A stretch of DNA of 48,073 nt. Origin: Oscillospiraceae bacterium (lineage in GTDB: Bacteria; Bacillota; Clostridia; Oscillospirales; Ruminococcaceae). The DNA lies in the NCBI GenBank assembly GCA_016303235.1, contig JAEDMB010000001.1, positions 1 to 48,073 of the forward strand, written 5' to 3'. The notes beneath the pieces were generated by a model. It was not told the origin of the DNA. It saw only the letters and a list, made by a program, of their open reading frames with translations, and searched no databases. Below, piece after piece: positions 32,148 to 40,955 of the stretch. Within the stretch, counting starts at the first letter, position 1, and each line of letters starts with the position of its first letter. Position numbers and translations under genes: made by a program.

Positions 32148-32560
32148 TGAGAACCTTTAAATTTATGGTTATCACTCCCGATAAGATTCTTTTTGACGGC
32201 GATGTTGAACAGGTCATTGTCAGAACTACCGAGGGCGATGTCGGAATTTTAGCAGGCCACGAAAATTATGTTGCAAATCTTCCGGCAGGAGTTCTTAAAA
32301 TAACTCTTGCAGGCGGTGAAGTAAAATATTCCGCAATTGCCGGAGGAATCCTTAAAGTATCCTACGAAAAAACTACAAGAATAATCACGACTGCTTCCGA
32401 ATGGGGCGAGGATATAGATGTTATATGGGCTAACCGTTCAAAAGAGGACGCTTTGAACAAGATTAAGCAGGCGAAAACCGATTCTGAAATGTCACGTGCG
32501 GAATTAAAGCTGAAACGTGCTTTGAACAGAATCCATGTATCATCACTTCAGAAACATTAA
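32147..32560 (+). CDS. atpC: ATP synthase F1 epsilon
   Basis: ITPD, EGDVGILAGH, LKRALNR. Confidence 0.95.
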
Positions 32561-32567
32561 ATAAATA

Positions 32568-32596
32568 TCGGGGAACATAAGTTCCCCGAATTTTTT
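32568..32596 (+). terminator. Intrinsic terminator of the atp operon
   Basis: TCGGGGAAC-ataa-GTTCCCCGA then ATTTTTT. Confidence 0.85.
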
Positions 32597-32613
32597 AAAG
32601 AAAGGATTTTTTT

Positions 32614-33165
32614 ATGGCAGTATTTTTTATATCTGATTTGCATATAGGTCATCTTAATGCAATAAAGTTTGACAAAAGACCTTTTCAGTCACTTGAGGAG
32701 GAAAATTTCGCAATAATAAGCAACTGGAACAATGCTGTATCAGCAGATGACGAAGTATATATTTTAGGCGATTTCGCATGGAAAAATGAAATGGCTCTTG
32801 ATGTTATAAGACAGCTCAGAGGAAAAAAGCATTTAATTCTCGGCAATCACGACCAGAGATTTTCTCCGGAACTTGAACAGTGCTTTGAAAGCATTTCAAA
32901 TTACAAGGTTATTGTAGTCAATGGTCAGAGAATAGTCCTTTCGCATTATCCGATAGCTTTCTGGTACGGTCAGCACAGATATACAGTGCTTTTATACGGT
33001 CATGTACATAATACCGATGAGGAAACTATTTTCAGGGAATTTATTTCCGGTCTGAATGAAAAAGGTATTCCGGCAGAATGTTACAATGTAGGCTGTATAA
33101 TGCCCTATATGAATTACACTCCACGCACTCTTGAAGAAATAAGAAATTTTTTCAGAAAAAGTTAA
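32614..33165 (+). CDS. Calcineurin-like metallophosphoesterase
   Basis: SDLH, LGD, GNHD, SHYP, GHVH motifs. Confidence 0.9.
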   Translation: MAVFFISDLHIGHLNAIKFDKRPFQSLEEENFAIISNWNNAVSADDEVYILGDFAWKNEMALDVIRQLRGKKHLILGNHDQRFSPELEQCFESISNYKVIVVNGQRIVLSHYPIAFWYGQHRYTVLLYGHVHNTDEETIFREFISGLNEKGIPAECYNVGCIMPYMNYTPRTLEEIRNFFRKS

Positions 33166-33207
33166 TTTATAAGCTTTTTATTTGCATAATAATTATTTTT
33201 CTTTCAA

Positions 33208-33271
33208 TTCGACAAATTTTTCCAAAAACTTTCCATAATTAATTGAAATATCAGAAATAATATGTTAAACT
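33208..33271 (+). promoter_or_regulatory. 0A box plus sigmaA promoter upstream of the Spo0A-like gene
   Basis: TTCGACA (reverse complement TGTCGAA) at 33208-33214; TTGAAA (33243-33248), 17 nt, TGn-TAAACT (33266-33271). Confidence 0.5.
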
Positions 33272-33330
33272 TTAAAAGGATAGTTCTTTACTGGAAATTA
33301 TAGGATTTGTTTATTGAAAGGAATTTTGAT

Positions 33331-34083
33331 GTGGATAAACGAATAAACGTGCTTATTGCAGAGGCGAATTTTAATTATGGAATGAAACTTGCAAAATATC
33401 TGAAAATTAAAAACTGCAACGCAAGAAATTTAAATCATTGTAATAATATTGAAAATCTTTTTGATAAAATTGAAAAATATAAGCCTGACGTTCTTATATG
33501 CAATGCTCAGCTTTTTTACTGCGATATAGTGTGGCTTGTAAAAAAGATAAAGAGCATACAGACACATATACATTTAATTCTTCTTATGCCCCGAAAAGAC
33601 TGGCGGATTGAAAATCTTGCTAAAAAGGATTATATAACCTGCATTTATATGCCCTATGACTTTTATAAGATATATGAGGAGATAATAATAAAAAGCGACT
33701 GTATAAACAAAGACAGCACTATGAACAGAATACAGTTTTTTGTCCGGAATATGGGTATTGATGATAATCTGGACGGCTTTGAATATACCTGCTCCGCAAT
33801 TTATATTACTCTGTTTGAAAATAAGGGCTTTGCAAGCATAACAAGAGAGATTTACCCCGAAATAGCTGAAAGACATGGAAGTACTTATAACAATGTTGAA
33901 CGGTGTATAAGGAACTGTATAAAATTATTTATGGAGGATTTGGAAAATAATGATTGTTTCCGGCACTTCATGTCAAAATACAGTGACTTTGCGTATCGTT
34001 CATGCAAAATTGACTGTAAGATTACCAATGCACGGTTTATAGAGCTTATGGCGGGAACTTTTAAAGATTATTGCATGCAGTAA
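33331..34083 (+). CDS. Spo0A-like regulator: pseudo-receiver plus Spo0A C-terminal DNA-binding domain (divergent paralog, not canonical spo0A)
   Basis: GI...GFEY, SITREIYPEIA...VERCIRNCI, TNARFI; receiver-like KPDVLICN with Asn at the phospho-Asp position; GTG 33331 follows AAAGGA. Confidence 0.8.
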   Translation: MDKRINVLIAEANFNYGMKLAKYLKIKNCNARNLNHCNNIENLFDKIEKYKPDVLICNAQLFYCDIVWLVKKIKSIQTHIHLILLMPRKDWRIENLAKKDYITCIYMPYDFYKIYEEIIIKSDCINKDSTMNRIQFFVRNMGIDDNLDGFEYTCSAIYITLFENKGFASITREIYPEIAERHGSTYNNVERCIRNCIKLFMEDLENNDCFRHFMSKYSDFAYRSCKIDCKITNARFIELMAGTFKDYCMQ

Positions 34084-34215
34084 AATGCTTTGAATTTAAT
34101 CATTATAAAGTTACATTGTATCATTAGCAAAACAGAAAAATCAACTTTAAATATAAAAAGCTTGATTCTTAATGCTAATGAATTTTTTATAGGCATTAAG
34201 TTAAAAGGTTTTAAT

Positions 34216-36441
34216 TTATCTTTCCGGATTTTTGTAATTCATAATGCTTCTGTAATTGCTTGGAGTACAGCCGGAATATTTATGAAACTGACGTATAAAA
34301 TACTTGATGTCACTGTAACCGCACTGAAGTGCTATATCCGAAATATTCATATCGGTTGTAAAAAGAAGATATTTTGCAGTATACATTTTGCTGTGAATAC
34401 AGTCCTGATGAAAGCTTATTCCGAAATACTGACGGTAAACGGCACGGAAACGGCTTTCGCTTATACAGAGCTTACGGCACATATTATCTGAAGAAATATC
34501 AGAAAAAGGATTCATATATATATAATTTCTTATTTTTAGATAATGACTGTACCGTGGCTGTATGGTGATTTTTTTTATATTGTCAGTCTGACGTCTGATT
34601 TCATTCAGACCTTCATCAATAATATTATGATATGAAATATTCTGATTTTTTTTCTGTGTGCTGAAAACTGCAAAATGATTTATTCCGTATTTCTGCATAT
34701 ATGACTTTTCTCTGAAAACAGCGGAAAGAAAACTGTTTTTTATAGTCTCGGCAGTATTTTCGGGATATTTTTCATATCCTGCAAATATCAGAATATCTTC
34801 ATTAATTCTTCCGGCAAACTCGCTTTTTCTTTTTACAAATATTTTCAGACAGTCTGCAATATCCTTTATTATGTCAGGGTCAGTCTTGTCCATTCCCGAA
34901 AAGATATTTATTTTCATCATAATAAATATAAGTTCGTCATCTGATGAACTGTTTTCCGATGCTATATGAAAAACTTTTCTGAAATTCTTTTCGTTGTAAA
35001 GTCCCGTTAATGTGTCATAAGTTTCAGAGAGATTACGGCATCTGAGAAGATATTGTATGTCATTTTTCATTCTTATTGTTTCAAGGGCATTTGAAACAGT
35101 TCTTATCCATTTTCTGAATATGCTGTCGTATCCGTCCGGACAGTTGTATTCAATTATTGCATATCCGAACGTTTCTTCTGTAAAGAATACCGGAGCAAAA
35201 TAAAATGCGGAGGCATAATTCTTATCCGCAACGTAATCCGGAAAAAGGCTTTTGTCATAAAAAGTAACGGCATTTCCGGAAATTCCCTGATTTTTAGGGG
35301 TTTTTATATAATAACAGCTCATAAGGTCAGTATCCTGATTTTTTTCCGATTTGAAATAAGGCGATTCGCTCCAGCTTTCATAAAGACAGAGATATATTTT
35401 AAAAGCATTTCTGACAAGATATGCAGAATGTTCAATAGCATAAATATAATCCTCCATAGAATGACATTCAACAAGACGCTTATCGAACTGGTCAAAGTCA
35501 TACATAAGATTATAATCCTGTTCGGTTCGGAGTATTTTAAATTCATAGTTTATCTGATTTAAGTCAGTACCGCAGGAACAGCTGTTTCCGTATATAATAC
35601 CTTCATCAAAGACAATTCCGGAAGTGCAGGGAACTGATTTTATTTTCTCATAAAGAAAGCATACTGCATCAGCACCAAGCTGTCGCCTGTTTCTCTGATA
35701 TGTAGTAAGCAGGGGATTGTGATAAATTCTTTTTTCAATATATTCATATCCTATAACGGTTATATCCTCCGGAACTTTGATATTTCGTTCGGAAAGCCTG
35801 TCAAGAAGTCCGAAAGCCATATAATCATTAGTACATACAACAGCTTCCGGCATAGGAATTTTACCGTCAGCGTAATTGTCGGCAAGGTCTTCTCCGGAAT
35901 TTGTCCAGAAATTTCCATAGTGAACTTTTTCTCGTTTAAACTCTATTCCGTGACTTTCAAGAGCATTCCTGTAACCTTCAACACGCCTTTTAGCAAAATC
36001 ATTGTCATAAGAGCCGGTAATTATATCAATATTTTTAAATCCATGTACTTCAATCAGATGATTTGTAATATTTTCAATATCCTTTATATCGTCAGTGTTG
36101 AAACAGCGGAATCCTTTTATTCTTCCGCCTATGACGGCAGAAGGTATTTCAAGATTTCTGACTTTCGATATTATCATATCAAGAAGATTTGAATTTAAAA
36201 TTGATTCCGCAATTATTATAATGCCGTCAAGCCTTTTTGATTCAATAAGATTATAAATTCTGTTTTCGAAAACGAGATAGGGTGTGTTGTTATCGACAGG
36301 GGAATAAAGATTTGAAAACACAGCAATATCGATATTTAATTTCTGAGCCTGACGGATAATTCCCTCGAATATATGTTTTTGCTCGGGTTCGTCGGCTCTT
36401 GATGTAACAACGCCTATAAGAAGCCTTTTTATTTTAACCAC
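34216..36441 (-). CDS. One-component regulator: LacI-type sugar-binding domain, degenerate GGDEF-like domain, C-terminal AraC HTH
   Basis: RRVEGYR, AVVCTNDYMAFG, VPEDITVIGY, PLLTT; DTLTGLYN and GRINED; ISDIALQCGYSDIKYFIRQF...TPSNYR. Confidence 0.85.
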   Translation of the reverse strand: MVKIKRLLIGVVTSRADEPEQKHIFEGIIRQAQKLNIDIAVFSNLYSPVDNNTPYLVFENRIYNLIESKRLDGIIIIAESILNSNLLDMIISKVRNLEIPSAVIGGRIKGFRCFNTDDIKDIENITNHLIEVHGFKNIDIITGSYDNDFAKRRVEGYRNALESHGIEFKREKVHYGNFWTNSGEDLADNYADGKIPMPEAVVCTNDYMAFGLLDRLSERNIKVPEDITVIGYEYIEKRIYHNPLLTTYQRNRRQLGADAVCFLYEKIKSVPCTSGIVFDEGIIYGNSCSCGTDLNQINYEFKILRTEQDYNLMYDFDQFDKRLVECHSMEDYIYAIEHSAYLVRNAFKIYLCLYESWSESPYFKSEKNQDTDLMSCYYIKTPKNQGISGNAVTFYDKSLFPDYVADKNYASAFYFAPVFFTEETFGYAIIEYNCPDGYDSIFRKWIRTVSNALETIRMKNDIQYLLRCRNLSETYDTLTGLYNEKNFRKVFHIASENSSSDDELIFIMMKINIFSGMDKTDPDIIKDIADCLKIFVKRKSEFAGRINEDILIFAGYEKYPENTAETIKNSFLSAVFREKSYMQKYGINHFAVFSTQKKNQNISYHNIIDEGLNEIRRQTDNIKKITIQPRYSHYLKIRNYIYMNPFSDISSDNMCRKLCISESRFRAVYRQYFGISFHQDCIHSKMYTAKYLLFTTDMNISDIALQCGYSDIKYFIRQFHKYSGCTPSNYRSIMNYKNPER

Positions 36442-36456
36442 TTCCTTTTTTATATA

Positions 36457-36485
36457 ATTATAACATATAAATTATTTGCTGTCAA
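36457..36485 (-). promoter_or_regulatory. Consensus sigmaA promoter of the AraC-type regulator
   Basis: Minus-strand TTGACA (36485-36480), 17 nt, TGn-TATAAT (36462-36457). Confidence 0.8.
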
Positions 36486-36496
36486 TAAAAAAACAG

Positions 36497-36557
36497 TCAT
36501 TTTGTCCACCAGATAATCATTTTGTCCCTTGAAATTGTGAAAATATTGTGATATAAT
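36497..36557 (+). promoter_or_regulatory. Tandem operator plus sigmaA promoter of the GH30 xylanase
   Basis: TCATTTTGTCC at 36497 and 36517 (20-bp period) abutting TTGAAA (36529-36534), 17 nt, TGn-TATAAT (36552-36557). Confidence 0.75.
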
Positions 36558-36589
36558 TATAAAAAAACAAATAAGGAGTGTGTTTATTT

Positions 36590-38818
36590 ATGTTTTCTTT
36601 AAAAAGCCTGAAAAAAGTTATTTCCGTTACAACTGCCGGAATTATGATGACTGCTTTTGTTTCAGCAATGCCACACAATATTGATGCTTTTTCCGCTGAT
36701 GTATGTGTTGTAAATCCCGCTGTACAGCATCAGACTATCAAAGGATTCGGAGGTATCAATCACCCCGAGTGGACAGGACAGGATTTGACTGAATCACAAA
36801 GACAGACCGCATTCGGAAACGGTGCTGACCAGTTAGGACTTACTGTATTGAGAGTGTTTGTTAATCCGGACAGCACTCAGTGGTACAAAGCACTTCCGAC
36901 AGCACAGTATGCTACAAAAATGGGAGTTACTATTTTTGCATCTCCCTGGGAACCACCGGCAAACCTTGCAGAATCCGGAGGAAGCAACGGCAAACTTCAC
37001 CTTCCTAAATCAAATTATGGTGCATATGCACAGCATCTCAATAATTTCGGTTCTTACATGAAGAATAACAACGTTGACCTTTATGCAATATCAGTTCAGA
37101 ATGAACCGGATTTTGCTTCTGAATGGACATACTGGTCAACAGATGAAACAACTGATTTTCTTGCAAACTATGGCGACCAGATAACAAGTACAAGGCTTAT
37201 GTCTCCCGAATCTTTCCAGTATGCTCCTTTGAATGCTTCATGGGTGTCTGACGGAGGAAAGAAATTCTACACAAAGATACTGAATAACGCTAAGGCTATG
37301 GCAAACTGTGATTTGTTCGGTACTCATTTTTACGGAACTCAGAGAGCATGGATGGATTTCCCCGAACTTGAAAACTGCGGAAAAGAAATCTGGATGACAG
37401 AAGTATATGTTCCTAACAGTGATGCTAATTCCGCTAACCGCTATCCCGAAGCTCTGGACGTTTCCGAAAATATTCACAACGCTATGGTTGTGGGAAATAT
37501 GAGTGCTTATACATGGTGGTATATCCGCAGAAGCTATGGCCTGATGACTGAAGACGGTAAAATCAGTAAGCGTGGCTACTGTATGGCACAGTATTCAAAA
37601 TTCGTACGCCCCGGTTCTGTCAGAATTGATGCTACTGAACAGCCTGCCGATAATGTATATGTTTCAGCATATAAAAACAATAATAATCAGGTTACAATAG
37701 TAGCTGTAAATAAAGGTACTGAAGGTTATGCACAGAATTTCGCTATTGATGGCGTGAATATTTCAGATGTTGACAGATACAGAACTTCTGCAAATGAAAA
37801 TCTTGCTCTCACTGAAAATCTTGCATACACAAATAACAGCTTTTTCGCACAGCTCCCTGCTGAAAGCGTATCAACATTTGTTGTAACTCTTGACGGAAGC
37901 GCTCCTTCAACTGAACCGACAAATCCTGTTGAACCTGTTAAACCTGATGAAAACGGATACTATATACATGATACTTTTGAAGAAGGTGCAGATAACTGGT
38001 CAGGTCACGGAAGTTCTTCAATACTCCTCAGCGGAAGAACTCCTTACAAGGGTACTAATGCACTTCTCGTTCAGGAACGTGCCTCCGCTTGGAACGGTGC
38101 GGAAAGAACTCTTGATTCATCAGTATTCGCTCCGTCTAAAAAATTCAGTTTCAGTGCAGATGTAATATACCTTGAAGGTGACGAAACAAAGAATTTTGCT
38201 ATGACTCTCCAGTATACCGATTCAAACGGCGACACAAAATATTCAAGAATAGCGTCTGTAACTGCAACTAAAGGATACTATGCACAGCTTATCAATACAG
38301 CATATCAGATTCCGGAGGGTGCATCAGATATCAAGGTATATATCGAAACAGAATCCGGAACAGAAAATTTCTATATCGATGAATTTATAGTAGCCGTTGA
38401 GGGTACTTTAACGGAAGCTCCTCCCGTTGTAACTACAACAACTACGACAACAACAACAACAACCACGACTACAACTACAACTACAACTACAACAACTACT
38501 GCAAAGCCTGTAACAACAACTTCAACAACAAAGGCAACTACACCTGCTCCCACAACTGTAACAACAACAACTACTGTACCTGTTACAACAGCTCCTGCTG
38601 ATAATATAGTTTACGGTGATGCAAACTGTGACGGAAACGTTGATATTGCCGATGTTGTTACAATAGCATCTTATGTAGGAGATTCAAACAATAACCCTGT
38701 TTCTGAAAAAGGAATAAAAAATGCCGATGTTCACAACACCGGAAACGGCATAAATGCAAATGATGCTCTCATAATTCAGCAGTATCTTGCAGGCATTGTC
38801 ACAAATCTCCCCGCTTAA
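36590..38818 (+). CDS. Cellulosomal GH30 glucuronoxylanase (GH30_8-like) with CBM22, Thr linker and dockerin
   Basis: Signal peptide; QTIKGFGG, ASPW, acid/base QNEPD, nucleophile WMTE, WWYIRRSYG; CBM22-like HDTFE...R..AWNG...FYIDE; dockerin GDANCDGNVDIAD. Confidence 0.92.
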   Translation: MFSLKSLKKVISVTTAGIMMTAFVSAMPHNIDAFSADVCVVNPAVQHQTIKGFGGINHPEWTGQDLTESQRQTAFGNGADQLGLTVLRVFVNPDSTQWYKALPTAQYATKMGVTIFASPWEPPANLAESGGSNGKLHLPKSNYGAYAQHLNNFGSYMKNNNVDLYAISVQNEPDFASEWTYWSTDETTDFLANYGDQITSTRLMSPESFQYAPLNASWVSDGGKKFYTKILNNAKAMANCDLFGTHFYGTQRAWMDFPELENCGKEIWMTEVYVPNSDANSANRYPEALDVSENIHNAMVVGNMSAYTWWYIRRSYGLMTEDGKISKRGYCMAQYSKFVRPGSVRIDATEQPADNVYVSAYKNNNNQVTIVAVNKGTEGYAQNFAIDGVNISDVDRYRTSANENLALTENLAYTNNSFFAQLPAESVSTFVVTLDGSAPSTEPTNPVEPVKPDENGYYIHDTFEEGADNWSGHGSSSILLSGRTPYKGTNALLVQERASAWNGAERTLDSSVFAPSKKFSFSADVIYLEGDETKNFAMTLQYTDSNGDTKYSRIASVTATKGYYAQLINTAYQIPEGASDIKVYIETESGTENFYIDEFIVAVEGTLTEAPPVVTTTTTTTTTTTTTTTTTTTTTTTAKPVTTTSTTKATTPAPTTVTTTTTVPVTTAPADNIVYGDANCDGNVDIADVVTIASYVGDSNNNPVSEKGIKNADVHNTGNGINANDALIIQQYLAGIVTNLPA

Positions 38819-38838
38819 TAAATTTTTATAAAAAACTC

Positions 38839-38867
38839 TTGACAACAGGATAAAAACGTGATATTAT
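38839..38867 (+). promoter_or_regulatory. sigmaA promoter of the T-box gatCAB-aspS operon
   Basis: TTGACA (38839-38844), 17 nt, TGn-TATTAT (38862-38867). Confidence 0.75.
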
Positions 38868-38876
38868 TATTCTAAA

Positions 38877-39159
38877 GGCGTTGACCGGAGAATAACTCCT
38901 TTTAATACTGATTTACAGAGAACCGCTGTCGCTGAAAATGCGGTATTCAGTCAGGAGCTTATGAACGTCCGAGAGCCGGCAGAAGAAAAGTATTTTTTAT
39001 TAAAATGCCTATTAGAACTGTCCGTTCGGGGAAACGTTATTCCTGTTGAAAAAAGCGGATTCCTGTTTGTTAATATTTTTCGGGAATCAATAAGGGTGGT
39101 ACCGCGGAAGTCATTTCGTCCCTGTCACAAGCAGACGGGGAGAAACTGACTTCCTTTTT
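38877..39159 (+). ncRNA. T-box riboswitch with Asn specifier (AAC)
   Basis: Stem I with AGAGA bulge and GCTGAAA loop; specifier AAC at 38964-38966; T-box AATAAGGGTGGTACCGCGG (39089-39107); terminator GGAAGTCA/TGACTTCC plus T5. Confidence 0.92.
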
Positions 39160-39190
39160 GCTTTATACAAATCTTTAAGGAGGTTTTTTT

Positions 39191-39478
39191 ATGCAGATTA
39201 CAAATGAACTGGTTTCATACGTTGCAAATCTCAGCCGAATTAAGCTCGATGAAAATGAAATCAGTGAAATGCAGTCGCAGATGAGCGAAATTGTAAACTA
39301 TATGGACATTCTCAATCAGCTTGATACTGAAAATATCGAACCCCTTTCACATATTTTCAATATCACCAACGTTATGAGAGATGATGAAGTCAGGGATTCC
39401 TATGAGCGTGAGGAAATTTTGAAAAATGCTCCCGCACATACGGAAGAGGCATTTATCGTTCCCAAAACTGTCGATTAA
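39191..39478 (+). CDS. gatC: Asp-tRNA(Asn)/Glu-tRNA(Gln) amidotransferase subunit C
   Basis: VANLSRI, NVMRDD, NAP...FIVPK. Confidence 0.95.
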   Translation: MQITNELVSYVANLSRIKLDENEISEMQSQMSEIVNYMDILNQLDTENIEPLSHIFNITNVMRDDEVRDSYEREEILKNAPAHTEEAFIVPKTVD

Positions 39479-39493
39479 AAAGGAGGAAAGGCT

Positions 39494-40954
39494 TTGGATA
39501 TTTTCAGCATGACTGCTCTGGAAACAGGAAAGGCTATCAGAGACGGTAAAATTACCGCTGTTGAGGCAACAAAGCAGGTTCTTGATTCCGCTGAATCAAA
39601 AAACGATAAAATTAATGCATATATTACTATATGCCGTGAAAAAGCTCTCGCACAGGCGGAAGAAGTTCAGAAAAAAATTGAATCAGGTGAATTAACTTCA
39701 CCTCTTGCAGGTGTACCGATTGCAATTAAGGATAATATCTGTACAAAGGGTATAAAAACTACTTGTGCATCACGTATTCTCGGAGATTTTACTCCCGTAT
39801 ACAATGCTACTGTTATGGAAAAGCTTAATAATGCCGGTATGATTACTGTCGGCAAGCTTAATATGGACGAATTTGCAATGGGAAGTACTTCCGAAACTTC
39901 ATATTACGGTGCAGTTCATAATCCCTGGGATTTGAATAAGGTAACCGGAGGTTCTTCGGGCGGTTCTGCATCTTCAGTAGCCGGAAAAATGTCACTTGTA
40001 ACACTCGGTTCAGACACGGGCGGTTCAATACGTCAACCGGCATCATACTGCGGTGTAACAGGATTCAAGCCCACATACGGAACAGTTTCACGTTTCGGAC
40101 TTATTGCCTATGCGTCATCTCTCGACCAGATTGGACCTATCGGAAAAGATGCATCAGACTGTGCCTCAATTATGGATATTATCAGCGGTAAGGATTCTAT
40201 GGACGGCACTTCACTTGATATTGATTACCCGAAATATCTTTCATCACTTACAGGCGATATAAAGGGAATTAAAATCGGTATCCCGAAAGAATGGTATAAC
40301 AATAAGGGACTTGATTCCGAAGTAGCCGAAAAAACAAGAAAAGTTGCGGAAGTTCTCGAAAAAGCGGGAGCTGTTGTTGAAGAAATTTCACTTCCTTTTG
40401 CTGAATATGCTATTCCGGCATACTATATTATTGCTACTGCCGAGGCAAGCTCCAATCTCTCAAGATTTGACGGTGTAAAATACGGATTCCGTTCCGAAAA
40501 TTACAGCAGTCTTGTTGATATGTATAACGCTACAAGAAGCGAGGGATTCGGAAAGGAAGTCAAAAAGCGTATACTTCTCGGAACTTTCGTTCTTTCAAGC
40601 GGATATTATGACGCATATTACAGAAAGGCTCTTAAAGTAAAAGCCGTTATCAAAAAGAATTTTGATGAAATTTTCTCAAAATATGATTTGATTCTCTGCC
40701 CGACAGCTCCTACAACTGCTCCCGAAATCGGAAAGAGTTTAAGCAATCCGCTTGCTATGTATCTCTCTGATGTCTTTACAGTTTCGGCAAATATAGCAGG
40801 TCTCCCCGGAATTTCAATGCCGTGCGGATTCGATAAGAACGGTATGCCGATAGGTGTACAGCTTATAGGTCAGGCTCTTGCGGATACAAAGGTTCTCAAT
40901 ACTGCATACGCTTATCAGCAGATGACTGACTATCACAAACAGGAGGTGAAGTAA
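39494..40954 (+). CDS. gatA: Amidotransferase subunit A (amidase)
   Basis: IAIKDN, GGSSGGS, GSDTGGSIRQPA, SSNLSRFDG; TTG start. Confidence 0.97.
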   Translation: MDIFSMTALETGKAIRDGKITAVEATKQVLDSAESKNDKINAYITICREKALAQAEEVQKKIESGELTSPLAGVPIAIKDNICTKGIKTTCASRILGDFTPVYNATVMEKLNNAGMITVGKLNMDEFAMGSTSETSYYGAVHNPWDLNKVTGGSSGGSASSVAGKMSLVTLGSDTGGSIRQPASYCGVTGFKPTYGTVSRFGLIAYASSLDQIGPIGKDASDCASIMDIISGKDSMDGTSLDIDYPKYLSSLTGDIKGIKIGIPKEWYNNKGLDSEVAEKTRKVAEVLEKAGAVVEEISLPFAEYAIPAYYIIATAEASSNLSRFDGVKYGFRSENYSSLVDMYNATRSEGFGKEVKKRILLGTFVLSSGYYDAYYRKALKVKAVIKKNFDEIFSKYDLILCPTAPTTAPEIGKSLSNPLAMYLSDVFTVSANIAGLPGISMPCGFDKNGMPIGVQLIGQALADTKVLNTAYAYQQMTDYHKQEVK

Positions 40955-40955
40955 A

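Noticed and set aside
32614..33165. Metallophosphoesterase as a phage remnant or defence gene
   Set aside because: The family occurs in phages, but there are no neighbouring phage or defence genes here.
34119..34200. Inverted repeats TCATTAGCA/TGCTAATGA and CTTAATGC/GCATTAAG between convergent genes
   Set aside because: Short and AT-rich; at most a weak terminator, not enough for an ncRNA or MITE call.
34090..34568. Plus-strand ORFs 34090-34491 and 34374-34568
   Set aside because: Antisense to the AraC domain; no convincing RBS or motifs.
38371..38553. Minus-strand poly-Val ORF and ACN trinucleotide-like repeats (similar case at 23619-23843)
   Set aside because: Antisense shadow of the Thr-rich linkers of dockerin proteins; not a gene, CRISPR or independent repeat element.
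38961..39149. 62-aa ORF upstream of gatC as a possible leader peptide
   Set aside because: It lies wholly within the T-box RNA, which fully explains the sequence.
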